Origin: Malacoraja senta
Lineage: Eukaryota
Assembly (NCBI GenBank): GCA_038087875.1
Contig: CM075993.1
Coordinates: 12,092,001-12,156,000 of the forward strand
Length of the DNA: 64,000 nucleotides
Direction: 5' to 3'
Shown here in pieces: positions 10,936 to 24,772 of this stretch. Within the stretch, counting starts at the first letter, position 1, and each line of letters begins with the position of its first letter. The notes below the pieces were generated by a model that was not told the DNA's origin, did no database searches, and saw nothing but the letters and a program-made list of their open reading frames with translations. Made by a program: the position numbers and the translations under genes.

Positions 10936-13900
10936 TATCCAGGCCTTTCACTATTTTTTCAAAGTTAGTAAGTTTCAAGGAGGTCCCCCCTCATCACTCT
11001 AAACTCCGGCAACTGGAGGCCCAGTGCCGTCAAACGCTGTTTATATGTTAACACAATCATTCCTGGGATGATTCTTGTGAACCTCCTCATGACCCTTTCC
11101 AGTGGCAGCCAATCCTTCCTCAGATATGGGATGCAAAACTGCTCGCAATACTCCATACGAGGTCTGAGCAGTGCCTTATAAAGCCTTGGTTTAACATCCC
11201 TGTTTTTATATTACAGTCCTCTCGAAAGAAATGTTAGCTTTTTAAATAATGTTTTTTAAATAACAACTGATTGTATCAAACAGAGAATAGGAGGAGGATT
11301 AATAGACAGTTATGTCTGGTTTCTGATCTGATGCAACTTCTTAGGTAATAACAAAACCAAACTCCTTATCGCAGGTAACAGCAACATCAGCATGCCGTCT
11401 GTTTATATGATGTTTGCATAATTCTTTAACCCTCAACTGACTGAGCCAGAAATCCCTTTGTGTTTTTTAGCAGCAAGACGAATAGTATGTAGTTTAAACT
11501 TTCCCAACATAGACTGGGAATGCCACAGTGCCAAAGGATTAGACAGGTTGGAATTTGTCAAATCTGTTCAGGACAGTTTCCTCAGGCAATATGTAGAGAG
11601 CCCTACATGGGAGAGAATAAAACTTAATCTACTCTTACGAAATTGGGAAGGGCAAGTGACTGAAGTGTCCGTGTGTGATCCTTTTGGGATCAGCAACCAC
11701 TGTTTTATTAGTTTTAAAATAGTTATGGATAAAGCAGAGCGGGCCTGGAAGTTAAACGTCTGAATTGGGGCACGGTCAACTTTGATGGTATTAGACAGGT
11801 AACTAGAAAGATTAAACGAGCACTTGCCGTTTGAAGTTTGATCTTTATTTTATGAGAAGTCACGATGAGGGATTACATGAAGAAGCCCGCCAGCCCGCAT
11901 GCGCGTCAATCTTCAAAATAGCTGTATGAACCCTCAGAATAGTTGCTGCCCTAAGCTATAGAAAGATTGAAGGCTAGAACTACCGAATGATCTTTATGCG
12001 AATAGGGTCGGGAGTGGAGGGCACGTAATCCCTCATCGCGACTTCTCATAAAATAAAGATCAAACTTCAAACGGTAAGTTCTCGTTTAATCTTTCTATTT
12101 TATTTCAAAGTCACGTGAGTGACTATGTGAAGATTTCAAAGCTCTGTGGTTTCATACAGTGACATAATCTGTGTGTGAAACACTAAAACAGATAAACCTT
12201 TGATGGTAGGAAAACATGAGCTATTAATATCACGATGCTCACTTGCATACTGTACATGGCCATTGCTCTAAACTGGCCTGTAGTCCCAATAGACTGTTGA
12301 GTTAGACAATCACTTATGCAACAATGTGCATAATTCTATCTGCAAATATCCAGACATATTCCACCAAATTTTATAATTTATTAAGCTGCATTATGTAAAC
12401 CTCATGCTGTATGATGAAAGGGAAACCATTGTATTGGCTGCTAATGAGCCATCTTGAGAGTATTGAAAGAAAAGAACTATCTTCCATTTCATAGGCACTA
12501 GCAACTGAGTACACTTGTATACCTAATGACATCCCTGATCTCTGCTGTGGTGGGTATGCTGTCAACCTCAAATGCACACAATCCTGCTCATTTGCTTATG
12601 AGATTATTTCTATAACAAGCTACCCTAATGTCAGTATGACGTGGAGACTAAGCCAGAGATTGAGTAAGGCTGTGTTCTTTATGCTGAGATCAGCTGCTGA
12701 AAGCATAATCATCTTAAAATACTGGTCCCATTAGGAAAATTTTGAGGAATATTTGCATAACAAATTACTGATATACATCGCACATTACAATGAGTGTAGG
12801 CTATTAGAGTGGTCAAATAAAAGACACCCTGCATAACGTTAGAGAATAGTGGGTGAAGAACTAATCATTTATGTCCCACTTATGGTATTGCAGAAATGAT
12901 AAAGCAGCACAGGAATTGTCATAAAGTTTCTCTAGGCTCAAACTGGAAACCACACAACCTTTGTTACTTCCGTATAGAATTGACTCACATATGTTGTTCA
13001 CAAGCTTCTCATACAATCATGCAGAGCTAGCTGGCCGAGAAGACAGGCTGTCCCAGCCGTCACACGTGAATGAGTAAATAAGTTGCTTCAGCCGCCTACC
13101 ATGGCGTGACTGAATAGGCAAATTGGTACTGTTAAATTCCATGTTGCCTTAAATGTAATATCGTCAAAGATATCTACCGACAACCCATAAGACTTATCAT
13201 TTGCAATTTTGCATAATACCTAAAACACAATGACATAATGCCCTTAATCTGAGAAGGGCAGCATAGGCTTTCGCCACTAGCTTTGTTATTAAACAGCAGA
13301 AACTGTGCCTTATGTGTATAGATATGACAGAGTATGCAACTACAAGATCGATTCTCTGAGTCAGTTAAATTGCAGACACCCAATCATCCATCTTAAACTG
13401 GGTAAGTAAACCCACAATTTGATTAGCCTAATGCTAACCCGATTCGGCCTGCACCATATTTCTGTCATCTTGAGAAATATACCCCTCTAATCCTTGGTCA
13501 GACCACACATCCTCGGATGAGTTGTCACTGATTGCACTTGGAACCGCTGTTCCTCCGTTGATCCTACCGACGGACATTTTTTGGATTTCCTACCCGCGGA
13601 AGATGCGTTATCTAGTTATTCATACATATCGCTGATAATATATAATCAGCAACTAATGACTAGAGCTGAAACCACAGTCTCCCTTAGATATGGGAATACT
13701 AGTTCCCTGTCAACTCTTGACTTAAGAGTCACCATAAATACGTAGCGTTTTCCTTCAGAGTGGAGATTAATATAATGCAAGGCTGAATAAGGAATACCTC
13801 GCAGTCCTTTGACTGAGACCACATGTCTAAGTCTCTAGAGGGCATCTCTTTGACCCACCACTCAATCAGGAATAGTGGTATTGAGAACCTATGGGTTATT

Positions 13901-14682
13901 ATGAATACATTGTTGATTCACAACATGAACCTGCAGGTCAGATAAAGTTATAATATATGCCAGACGAGCTTTTTGTTGGTAACTACCTGTCCCAGAGAGG
14001 TAGTTACCAACGAATGATTCCAATGAACCAGTAACTCTGCTAACTGAAGAGAAATAAACTATATGTTGAGAAAAACTTCAACTACTTCATTCTATTGACC
14101 AGTCTGATAACATCTCATAGATGATGAAGCAGTGCTTCTCTGGTCAATATGACTCTTATGGCCAGCCAGTTGCATGATGGTCTACCCTGATCCAGGATAA
14201 CCAAACTGTTCCTACTTGGAACTTACAGATGTTACTGTGTAAAGCACATTGCCAATGTCTACATCAACCTGATCTTATCCCAGAGAACGTGAAAAACCGA
14301 CTAGACAGCCCATGCTGGCAGTAAACCCAAGCTGGGCCGACAGACTGCTCCATTTCGGAGTTTACGGAGGTTAATAACAAGACCTTACTTACCAGCGTCT
14401 CTAACCCCAGGTCGATTTCCTTTGTTGGAGCTTCAGCGAAGTTCCATTTGCAGACCCTGTCCATCATGCTTGTCATTTCTGTTAGCTCGGTGATGCCGCT
14501 GGTCAACTTCTCTTATGGTGGCTTGCCCACCCCCGAGGGAATAGCAATTTTAGAGGCAAGAGCACACAGCTTTTCCTCATGTGATTGACATACATCACGC
14601 ATTAAAGCATGGGATAGTCATAGTCAAAACATAGTCATGTTCGGGCTCATGTTTGGAGTTAGTCCGTACTGACCTTTGACAC

Positions 14683-15739
14683 TCAAGTCAAGTCAAGTGA
14701 GTTTATTGTCATGTGTCCCTTATAGGACAATGAAATTCTTGCTTTGCTTCAGCACAAAGAACATAGTAGGCATTTACTACAAAACAGATAAGTGTCCATA
14801 TACCATAATATAAATATATACACATATGAATAAATAAAGTGATAAAGTGCAGATAACAGATAATGGGTTATTAATAATCAGAGTTTTGTCCGAGCCAGGT
14901 TTAATAGCCTGATGGCTGTGGGGAAGTAGCTATTCCTGAACCTGGTTGTTGCAGTCTTCAGGCTCCTGTACCTTCTACCTGAAGGTAGCAGGGAGATGAG
15001 TGTGTGGCCAGGATGGTGTGGGTCTTTGATGATACTGCCAGCCTTTTTGAGGCAGCGACTGCGATAAATCCCCTCGATGGAAGAAATGTCAGAGCCGATG
15101 ATGGACTGGGCAGTGTTTACTACTTTTTGTAGTCTTTTCCTCTCCAGGGCGCTCAAGTTGCCGAACCAAGCCACGATGCAACCGGTCAGCATGCTCTCTA
15201 CTGTGCACCTGTAGAAGTTAGAGAGAGTCCTCCTTGACAAACCGTCTCTCCGTAATCTTCTCAGGAAGTAGAGGCGCTGATGAGCTTTCTTGATAATTGC
15301 ATTAGTGTTCTCGGACCAGGAAAGATCTTCAGAGATGTGCACCCCCAGGAATTTGAAGCTCTTGACCCTTTCAACCATCGACCCGTTGATATAAACGGGA
15401 CTGTGGGTCCCCATCCTACTCCTTCCAAAGTCCACAATCAGTTCCTTGGTTTTGCTGGTGTTGAGGGCCAGGTTATTGTGCTGGCACCATATGGACAGTT
15501 GCTCGATCTCTCTTCTATACTCTGACTCATTCCCATCAGTGATACGTCCCACCAGAGTGGTGTCGTCAGCAAACTTGATGATGGAGTTCGCATTGTGACC
15601 GGCTACGCAGTCATGAGTATAGAGTGAGTACAGCAGGGGGCTGAGCATGCAGCCTTGAGGTGCTCCCATGCTGATTGTTATCGAGGCTTACACATTTCCA
15701 CCAATACGAACAGACTGTGGTCTGTGAATGAGGAAGTCG
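14683..15739 (-). mobile_element. 5'-truncated Rex1/Babar-like LINE inserted in the DIRS element (RT ORF 14878-15669)
   Basis: GAPQGCMLSPLLY, KFADD, KFLGV, LLPSGRRYRS; AATAAA and a (TTGAC)n tail. Confidence 0.87.
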
Positions 15740-15744
15740 TTCTT

Positions 15745-16215
15745 AGAGTGGGAGAAAAAATTTCACCCTGAACCAGGTGCTGCCATATCCGTATGCCTCG
15801 AACTGTCTGTGCATGCTTCTATAATACCGAGCATATTTTGTGACACCATCTCCGATAGTCTTTCGGGTGGGAGGAAAATGCGAACTTTGCAACCAGGGCA
15901 GCTACAGGCATATGACTTGAACTGCCTGTGTATGCTTCCGTAATACGGGGCATAATATATATGGCTCCATCTTCATTACTTCATACATCCGAATGGGAGG
16001 ACTTATGCAAACCTGAACCAGGAGCTGCCTCAGGCATGTGTGCATATACTTTGGCACCATCTCCATCACTATGTTCAACCGAGTGGGAGGAAATTGCAAC
16101 CCTGAACCAGGAGCTGCTTCAGGCTTATGTGCATATACTTTGGCACTATCTCCACCACTCCTTTCATTTGAGTGGGAAGAAAATTTGCAACCCTGAACCA
16201 GGAGCTGCTGCCTGA
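15745..16215. repeat. Degenerate tandem repeat, ~90-125 bp unit, about five copies
   Basis: Recurrent GAGTGGGAG...AACCCTGAACCAGGAGCTGC near 15746, 15865, 15991, 16081 and 16170; a further copy near 16453. Confidence 0.65.
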
Positions 16216-18679
16216 CATGCCTTCATAAGACGGAGCATTCCTTGTGTTATAATTTGATTCATCAGATGTTCGTAATTGAGACAAACCCCAATCATATCTG
16301 ACATAGATGTCCCAAGACTTGGCTATGACTTTGCCCCGACTTGGGGTTGTCAGGCTGCACCTGCTAGTGACTCTGAGTCCTTGCTCCCTTCCGGTGCCAA
16401 CGGTGTATTACAGGGAAGGACTGGAGTGCCTCTGGCCCCCATACACCGGACAGAGTGGGAGAAATGCTGCAACCCTGCCAGGTGTTGTCATAGGCAATGA
16501 CGTTTATATGACTAAAAGAACCCTGTCCCTATTAAATCAGAGATTTACTTTATTGATATGCATAAAGTTGCCGTCTTTTGTAAAGGAACCTTCCACAGTC
16601 CCATCTAATGAGCGGAAATTACCATGACGCCACCAGGTGTAGCTCCCACAGGTGACTGATAGGCACAGCTCAAACAAGGCTTCCCAAGCCAGGAGCTCTG
16701 GACTGCAATGGCTGGTCCAATTCCACTACACCTTTTTATTGGTGTAAGTGATAATAAATGTCCATTGTAATTTTCTCTTTTAAGCATAAACAAAATTGGC
16801 ATGATAAGACATATTAGTGATATTGCCAAAGAATTAAACCTGAACTGATAGAATTATAGAGCAAAGGATACCAGCACAATGGTGCGGCTGGTAGAGCTGC
16901 TGCCAGAGACCTGGGTTCACAGCACCAGAGACCTGGCTTCGATCCTGACCACAGATGCCATCTGTGTGGAGTTTGCAGCTTATAGAATGCTATCGGCTAT
17001 GATAGTCACAAACGTGACCCTGTGGCAACTGTTATAAATGCCAACTCTATTATAGCCGTTCAATTGAAAGAATACACTATATGTGGCTGTAGCATAGCTG
17101 TAGCAGTAACTCTGTTAAAATTGTTTGGTGCTACAGCAGGCTGAGCTACCTAATAGCTGTCGGCCGCGGCTATTTTAAAAAACTCACCTGCTGCTGGAAA
17201 TTTCCTGCAGTAACAATAGACCTGGCTGCCGGCAACCGCAATTTATGAATGTAAGCTCCTTACAGAGCCTCACGCTGTCTCTGACTCTGGCTGCCTGCTC
17301 CCGTATGGAGCTCTGATGCCGGCAGCTGCAACAACTTATCCTAGCTGGTGCTCTCTTATTAGGGCCGTCTGCTGCAACAGCCATAAACCCAGCTCCTAAA
17401 GAGCCTATACCGGTCTCTCAACTGGGTCGTCCACTGCCGTGCAGACAAAGGCAACAGCCGCATGGAGCCCTATAACTTCAGCCGCCTGCTCACGTTGGAG
17501 ACTGCGGCAGCTCCAGTCTCCACATTACTTGCGCTAGCCCCAGTGGAGCTTCCAAACTACTTTTTTGGGGCCCGCTATAGAACGGCCTGAAGAAAATTGA
17601 CTTACCTTGCAGAGCAGTGTGGGAACTCCTCCGACTTGCGCCATGCGCTAGAGCGTATTGACGCGCATGCGGTCTGGCGGGCTTCTTCACGTAGTCACTC
17701 ACGTGATTTCGAAATAAAATTGCTAAAGGTTGTTTGCAGACTAAGGATTGTCCTGAAAGCAGGACTTATACAAGTTTGCTGAGGAGGGTTCAGGGCATGC
17801 AGATTCCTGTTTGAGTGAAGGGCAAGGCAGGTGGGAGTAAGGAAGCCTGAAGGACGAGATAAATTGAGGCACTGGTCAGGAAAAAGATGGAGGCATGGGA
17901 CAGAGATAGGCAGGTGAGATCAAGTGTGTATGTAGGAACTTCAGATGTTGGTTTAAACCAAAGATAGACACTAAATACTGGAGTAACTCAGCGGGACAGG
18001 CAGCAACTCTGGTGAGAAGCTTCAGGTCGAGACCCTTCTTCAGACTGATGTCAGAGGGGAGGGAGATAGATAAGGAAGTGTGAAGGTGTGAAAACAGGGC
18101 AAAGGGAATGTAGATCAAGGAAAATGTAGAATAGATTATTGTTAGCTGGGAGAAGGTAACAACAAGGCAGAGATAAAGTGTAGGTGGAGACTCAATCACT
18201 CCCTATAGCTCACACCCTCTAGTCCTGGCAACATCCTCATATATCTTCTCTGAACCCTTTCAAGCTTGACAATATCTTTCCTATAACATGGTGCCCAGAA
18301 CTGAACACAATATTCTAAAAGCGGTTTCACCAATGTCTTATACAACTGCAACATGACCTCCCAACTCCTATACTCAATGCTCTGAGTGATGAAGGCCAAA
18401 GTGCCAAAAGCCTTTTGTATCATCTAACTTTTGTATCATCAGCAAACTTGCTAACCTTGCCCCTGTGTGTTCTCATCCAAATCATTGATGTAGATGACAA
18501 ACAGTAACGGGCCCAGCACCGAACCCTGAGGCACACCACTAGTCACAGGCCTCCAGTCCGAGAAGCCACCTTCCACCATCACCCTCTGCTTCTTTCCATG
18601 GAGCCAATTTGCTATCCATTCAGCTATCTCTCCTTGGATCCCGTGCGATCTAACCTTCCAGAGCAGCCTACTATGCGGA

Positions 18680-18859
18680 ACAACCTACAAACCTGTACGT
18701 CTTCGGAGTGTGGAAGGAAACCGAAGATCTCAGAGAAAACCCACGCGGTCATGGGGAGAACGTGCAAACGCCTTACAGATAGCACCCGTAGTCAGGATCG
18801 AACCTAGGTCTCTAGCACTGTAAAGCAGCAACTCTACGGCTGCGCCACCGTGCCGCCCA
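18680..18859 (-). mobile_element. tRNA-derived V-SINE (HE1-like)
   Basis: GGGCGGCACGGTGGCGCAG head (A box), GGTTCGATCC B box, then TTTGCACGTTCTCCCC..GCGTGGGTTTTCTC..GGTTTCC V-domain-like core. Related fragments at ~16872-16978 (+) and ~60325-60520 (-). Confidence 0.75.
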
Positions 18860-20834
18860 CGTGGGATATTGTGTCTTACGATTCTGATTGAGTTTTTTGA
18901 AAAAGTAACCAAAACCAATGATGAGGGTAAGGCAACCCCTTTGTCAAGGGTTCCGAATGGTAGGCGGCACTGGAAGCTTAGATTGCATGGGATCTAGAGA
19001 GAGCTAGCCGGCTGGATTGAGAAATGGTTTTATGGAAAGAAGCAGAGGGTGATGGTGGAAGGTTGCTATTCAGGCTGGAGGTCTGTGACTAGTGTGCGTA
19101 GAGGTGTGCCTCAGGGATTGGTGCTGGGCCCATTGTTGTTTGTGGCTTATATCAATGATTTGGATGAGAATAGGTTTGCTGGGATATGGGCCAAACGTGG
19201 GCAGGGGGGACTAGTCTAGCTGGGACATGTTGGCTGGTGTGGGCAAGTTGGGGCGAAGGGCATGTTTCAATGCTGTAACACTCTATGAATGTCAAAGGCA
19301 TGAGTAGTAAGTTTGCACATGACACTAAAGTGGGTGATTCAATGGTTCTTTATTCTTTACCCAGGTACAGTGAAATATTGTTGCATACAGTAAATTATTA
19401 CTATACATAAATACAATAAGTGTAAAGTGTATAGAAATAACCCACTGAGACCATATACAAGAGTCGCCAGGTTACGACGCCATTTTGAAAGTCCAAGCTA
19501 CAGCTGACCATAAAAGGCTCATTGCAGTTGTCGCCTCGATCTGGATTGTCCATCTCCTCGCCCAGCCACCTTCAAACGGCGGGTCCTGGGTGTGACTCCT
19601 GCAGCCGAACTTGTGGGCGCAGAAGGTAAGACCCTGGTTCTTCTTACCGGCCCTTTGATCTTGTGTATGTCATTGCCGATTCCCTCCACCTTCCTCCCCG
19701 GTGTTTGGGGATGAGCAGGGGCCGGGATCAGTGGCTTCCCTCTTCTGGCAGGTTTCCTGGTTCAGTGGTAAGAGAGGCAGGCCTGCTGCCACATGGGCCA
19801 ACAGTCCCTTTGGCCAGTATCCTGGAGAGCAAAGATGCTCATCAAAAATTATAGCAGGATCTTGATCAGTTGGGCAAGTGGCTGATGGTTAATGGAGCTT
19901 AATGCAGATAAGTGCAAGGTGCTGCATTTTAGGAAGTCAAAACAGGGCCTTCACGGTGAATGGCAGGGCTCTGGGTAGTATTGTAGAGCAGAGGGATCTA
20001 GGAGTGCAGGTACGTAGTTTCGGTCTGAATCTCTAAACTAAACGAGTCCACACCCGAAACGTCGCTCATCCATTCCCTCCACAGATGCTGCCTGACCCGC
20101 TGAGTTCCTCCAGCACTTTATGTTTGGTTCAGCCACCATTATTATGGTGGCGTCAAGAGCAGGTCAGAGACTGGGTATCCTACAGTGGGCAACAGACATC
20201 CTGGCTTCACTAAATAATCCACAAAGTATAGTCAGGAGTGTAGGTGATGGAGGACTCTCAGCTGGCTGCGATGAGTGATGCTCCAAAAACAGTCAACAAA
20301 CTCAACACCATTTATGCTGAAACTCACGGAGACTCCGTGACTATGGCCGTCAATGACGGAGCAGCCCGTTTCATTAGCACCACCGTCCACCAACGGCTCA
20401 CACCTGCTGCGGTGTGGACCATCTACAAGATATACTGCAGTTACTCACCCAGCTTAGACACAAATAGCTGGAGTAACTCAGCGGGTCATCCAGTGGGATA
20501 TTCACACAAGTTACTGGACTTGGACATGCGTGATGATATCACTAACTACAGATTCTGATTCAAGTCACGCACCATCCTGATCTGCAAACATCTCCTCAGT
20601 CCCTCATCGTCACTGGGCAAGTCCTGACGCTCCTCCCCAGAACCAAATGACATAGACTCAGTGTGAACGGTTCCTCGTGGACTCAGTGAGCCCAAGATCC
20701 AGTTTCCATGCTGCACCTTTCAATCAATCATTCATAAATATAGATTATTTATTTCTCTATAAATAATTAATATTATTATTTATAGATAAATAAATAATTA
20801 TCTATAAATAATAGAGAATATATATTATTTATAA

Positions 20835-21360
20835 ACCTATTCTCACAGCTATCTAGACTATACTTCTTCCCACCCTGCTTCCTGCAAAGACTATCCCCTC
20901 TTCTCAATTCTTCCGCATCTGTGCCTAAGATGAGGTTTTCCATACCAGGACATCCGAGATGTCCTAATTCTTTAGAGGACGGGGGTCCCCCTCTTCCATC
21001 ATAGGAGGCTCTCACCAGGGTCTCCTCGATATCCAACAACTCCGCTCTTGCACCCCCTCCCTCTAGACGCAACAGAGACAAACTCCCCCTAGTCCTCACC
21101 TTTCACCCCATTTGCCATCGCATACAGCACATTATCCTCTAACATTTTCGCTGCCTCCAACGGGATCGCATCACTAGCCACATATTACCATCTCCACCCC
21201 TCCCCACAGAGACCATTCCCTCTGCAACTCCCTGGTTAACTCATCCCTTCCCACCCAAAAAACACTATCCATTCCTTCTACCCATAGATACTGCCTGTCC
21301 CGCTGAGTTACTCCACCATTTTGTGTCTGCCTTCAATGTAAACCAGAATCTGCAGTTCCT
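20835..21360 (+). mobile_element. Decayed Penelope-like fragment
   Basis: Colinear with 25480-26290 (GCTATCTAGACTA.ACTTC..., CCCCTAGTCCTCACCTTTCACCCC). Confidence 0.7.
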
Positions 21361-21744
21361 ATAGACATTATTTATATATATTCTCCCCATACATAAGAGA
21401 ATATATCCTTATTATAACTATAAAACTCTGATCTTGTATGTGGATTTGTGTATTTATTTGTTTGTATGTGATCACATCTTCTCGAAAAAATGACGCGGTA
21501 ACGGTAAAAATTTTACATATTCCAATAGAGATTTATACCGTGAAGTCAAAAATTGCCTTATCTGAAAATTTCATGCATTATTTCTTGAGTTATTAAAAAT
21601 ATTCAAGAATCTGAAATAACTTTGAAATTAAAACCGAGCGGCTTTGCCTGATGACGTCACAATGGCTCTGCGTGCTGCGTCTGCGCTGCGATGACGTCCC
21701 CCAGCGAGCTGCCCGGACTCGAGCTGCCCAGACGTGAGCTGCCC

Positions 21745-22140
21745 GCCCCGCTCCCCCCTCCTCCTCTCCCCCCTCCTCCTCTTCCCTATCCTCCTCCTCT
21801 CCTCCCCCTCCTCCTCTCCCCTCCCCCCTCTCTCACCCCTTCATCTCTACCCCCCTCCTCTCTCAACCCCCCTTCTCTCCCCCTCTCTCTCTCTCCCCCT
21901 CTCTCTCTCCCCCTCTCTCTCTCTCCACCCTCCCTCTCCCCCCTCTCTCTCTCCCCCCCTCCCCCCCTCCTCTGCCTCTCCCCCTCCACCCCTCCCCCCT
22001 CTATCCCTCTCCCTCTCCTCCTCTCCCCTCCTCTCCCCCCTCTCCCCCTCCACCCCTCCCCCCTCTATCCCTCTCCCTCTCCTCCTCTCCCCTCCTCTCC
22101 CCCCTCTCCCCCTCCACCGCCCTCCCCTCCCCATCTCTTC
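21745..22140. repeat. Polypyrimidine/polypurine low-complexity tract
   Basis: About 400 bp almost purely C/T on the + strand. Confidence 0.95.
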
Positions 22141-22938
22141 CAAAGCTCAAAGTGAAATAAGGATGAGCAATAAATGATGGCCTACTCCCCGTTAATACTG
22201 GCTGTGGGAATGTGTTGTGGAAGTGGGCGAGGGGATGTCCATTACTTGGAAGTCTGGGGCCTTGGTCCTCCTGCCAGCCCAGCCCTGGCCCCAGGTCCGC
22301 AGCACTGACCTGCATTGGACCGCCCCCTTGTGGAGGTACCAGTGTGTTGCTAGTGATGCTCAGCCCAGGTGAGCAGCAAGCCACTGTTGACCATGGTGCA
22401 GCTGGCTCCAGTTGGGAACAGCTGGGTTGACTGATCACATTTACTGTGCCCTAGGGGCCAGGCCAGGACAGGTTGCTCCAAAGAGGAGCTCCGAGCCATA
22501 TCCAGAGCACTGGAACATGAGTGATGGAGTCATACAGCACTGACATTGACCTTTGGGCCCATTGTGTCCACCATGTCCAACCCTCAGGAAGCCATCAACA
22601 CAGTCGGAGTCTCAATCTGTAATAAGACTCATGGACCTGAATCATTAAGCATCAGTAGTTGGTTTACTTTACTTGCGCAAGAGGGGATGTGTCTCAGTCA
22701 AAGACACCTCCAACGTTAGTTGCCACAACAGGATATTTATGCACAAAGACGAGTATTGATGATGTTCAGTAGATCAGTGCGTTAATCCTCAGGTCTGCAA
22801 GTAATAAACAAAGAAGATGGCTTTTGATGGTCTTGACGTAAGATGATGACGAGTAGATCAATGTGTTCATCACATTCCTGCGTTTGCATCAATCGCCGAG
22901 GTCCCAAAAATATTGTTTCAAGTATGCAATTACACTAA

Positions 22939-23176
22939 AGGGCCTGTCTCACTTGGCGATTTTTTTTCGGCGACTGCCGGCATCATTGACTGACGTATCA
23001 GGTCACGGAAACATTTGCGGTGTGATGCGGCGTGATGACGTATTGACGCGCGGTATTATTTCAAGTGTCGCAACTTTTTTTTTGTCGCCGCTGGATTTTG
23101 AAATGTTCAAAATCTTTTGGCGACACTCATATAACGCCGGCAGTCGCCGAAAAAATCGCCAAGTGGGACAGGCCCT
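22939..23176. mobile_element. PIF/Harbinger-type MITE, 238 bp
   Basis: TAA at 22936-22938 and 23177-23179; ~43-bp TIR AGGGCCTGTC.CACTTGGCGATTTTTT..CGGCGACTGCCGGC. Confidence 0.9.
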
Positions 23177-24772
23177 TAAAGGTTTTACTTCTACAACCCC
23201 AACCCCATTAACTACACTTGGTCCATAATCTTCATCTCCGGCCAACTCAAGTGCACTTTTGATCACTTGTTAAATATTGTACTAGTCTCCATCACACACT
23301 CAGACAGTGTCTCGCATTCTCTAACCACCCTCCATCCGGGTGGAAAACCATTTTGTCCTATCCTCTCGAAACCTCTTACTCCTTATCGTAAGCCCATGCT
23401 CTCTGGTTACAGACACCTTTGCTGTTGGGGGAAGTCTACTTCTCACCACCTTACATTTGCCTCTCATAATTGTGCCCATTTCTTTCAGTTGCCCCGTCAG
23501 TTTCCTTTGCCCCGAGGAAATTCCAGCCAATCTGGTCTCTCTTCATAGTCGACACACCCTTTCCCACTGGTGAATCTCTGCACCCTCTCCATGGTCACCA
23601 AATTACAGCTGTGGCCTGATTAATGTCTTCTCAACTTGTACCGTAACCCCCCCCTCCCCCCTGCTTTTATAGTATTCGCCCCAGTTAATGAAGGTAGATG
23701 TAGAGAAGAACTGCAGGTGCTGGTTTATGCCGAAGATAGATACAAAATGCTGGGGTAGCTCAGCGGGTCAGGCAGCATCTCTGCAATAAAAGCACGAGCG
23801 ACGTTTCGGGTCAGGACCCTTCTTCAGACTGAAAGTAGAGGAGAGGGAACTGGAGGCAGGAAAAGACCAGTGTTCCATATGCCTTGGTCACCCTCCCTGT
23901 CTAGTGTGCTGCTGCCTTCAAGATGTACTCCAGAAGCACTGTCAAAATGATATGCTGATAAAGGCCTTGACAGGGGTAGGCAGGGAAGAGAATATTGCAG
24001 CTGGTACATTTGGCAGCTGAGGTAGTGCCAATGTCAAACGTGGATTGTTTTCTCTGGATTGTCGGAGGCTGAGGGGAGACCGGGTAGAAGTATATAAAGT
24101 TACAAAAGACAAAGATTCAGATTAAAGGATATGCATGGAACAAGTGTATTTGTAAACAGAGGATGGTGGGTGCCTGGAACGCACTGCCAGCGGTGGTGGT
24201 GGAGGTAGAAATGACAGTAGCATTCAAGAGGGTTTTAGATGGGCAGATGGATATGGATGGATGTGGATCACTTCCAGGCAGAGGAGGAGATTAGTTTGTG
24301 TAGGAAGGAACTGCAGATGCTGGTTTAAACCGAAGATAGACACAATACGCTGGAGTAACTCACCGGACAGGCAGCATCTCTGGAGTGAAGGAATGGGTGA
24401 CGTTTCAGATCGAGACCCTTCTTCAGACTGGATTCGTTTTCTTGGCATCATGTTGATGTGTTGTGCTGTTCCATGGTCTAATGATGGAGTGATTTAAGTA
24501 TCACAACGTTTAGGAAACATTTAGACAGGTACATGGATAGGACAGGTTTAGAGGGATATGGGCCAAACGCAGGCAGGTGGGACTAGTGTAGCTGGGACAT
24601 GTTGGCCGGTGTGGGCAAGTTGGGCTGAAGGGCCTGTTTCCACACTGGATCACTCTATGACATGGGTGAAGCAGGCAGAAGAGATGCGTTTCAGGTGGGT
24701 GGCACAGTTTGGGATGAGCTTGCAGGATTGCGGGAGGACTTGTGTCTCTGACACAGCTGAGTAATGCTGTTA

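Larger units (their letters stand above)
11804..17720 (-). mobile_element. DIRS1-like tyrosine-recombinase retrotransposon, coding interior heavily decayed, inserted in an old CR1
   Basis: Inverted termini 11874-11910 and 17657-17693 (GAAGAAGCCCGCCAG.CCGCATGCGCGTCAAT). Internal complementary region 12022-12133 equals the reverse complement of 11804-11878 joined to the reverse complement of 17684-17720. No TSD; CR1 sequence continues on both sides. Confidence 0.85.

Noticed and set aside
15745..16500. CRISPR-like repeat/spacer appearance
   Set aside because: Vertebrate context, degenerate repeats, mutually similar linkers and no cas genes.
18790..18859. tRNA gene
   Set aside because: A/B boxes belong to a SINE head followed by a V-domain-like core; no full cloverleaf.
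20020..20066. Additional hammerhead copy
   Set aside because: CCCGAAACGTC half is present but the CTGAAGA box and stem II are disrupted.
21691..22438. Pro/Ser/Leu-rich and Gly/Arg/Glu-rich ORFs
   Set aside because: Translation artefacts of the C/T tract, which lacks stop codons.
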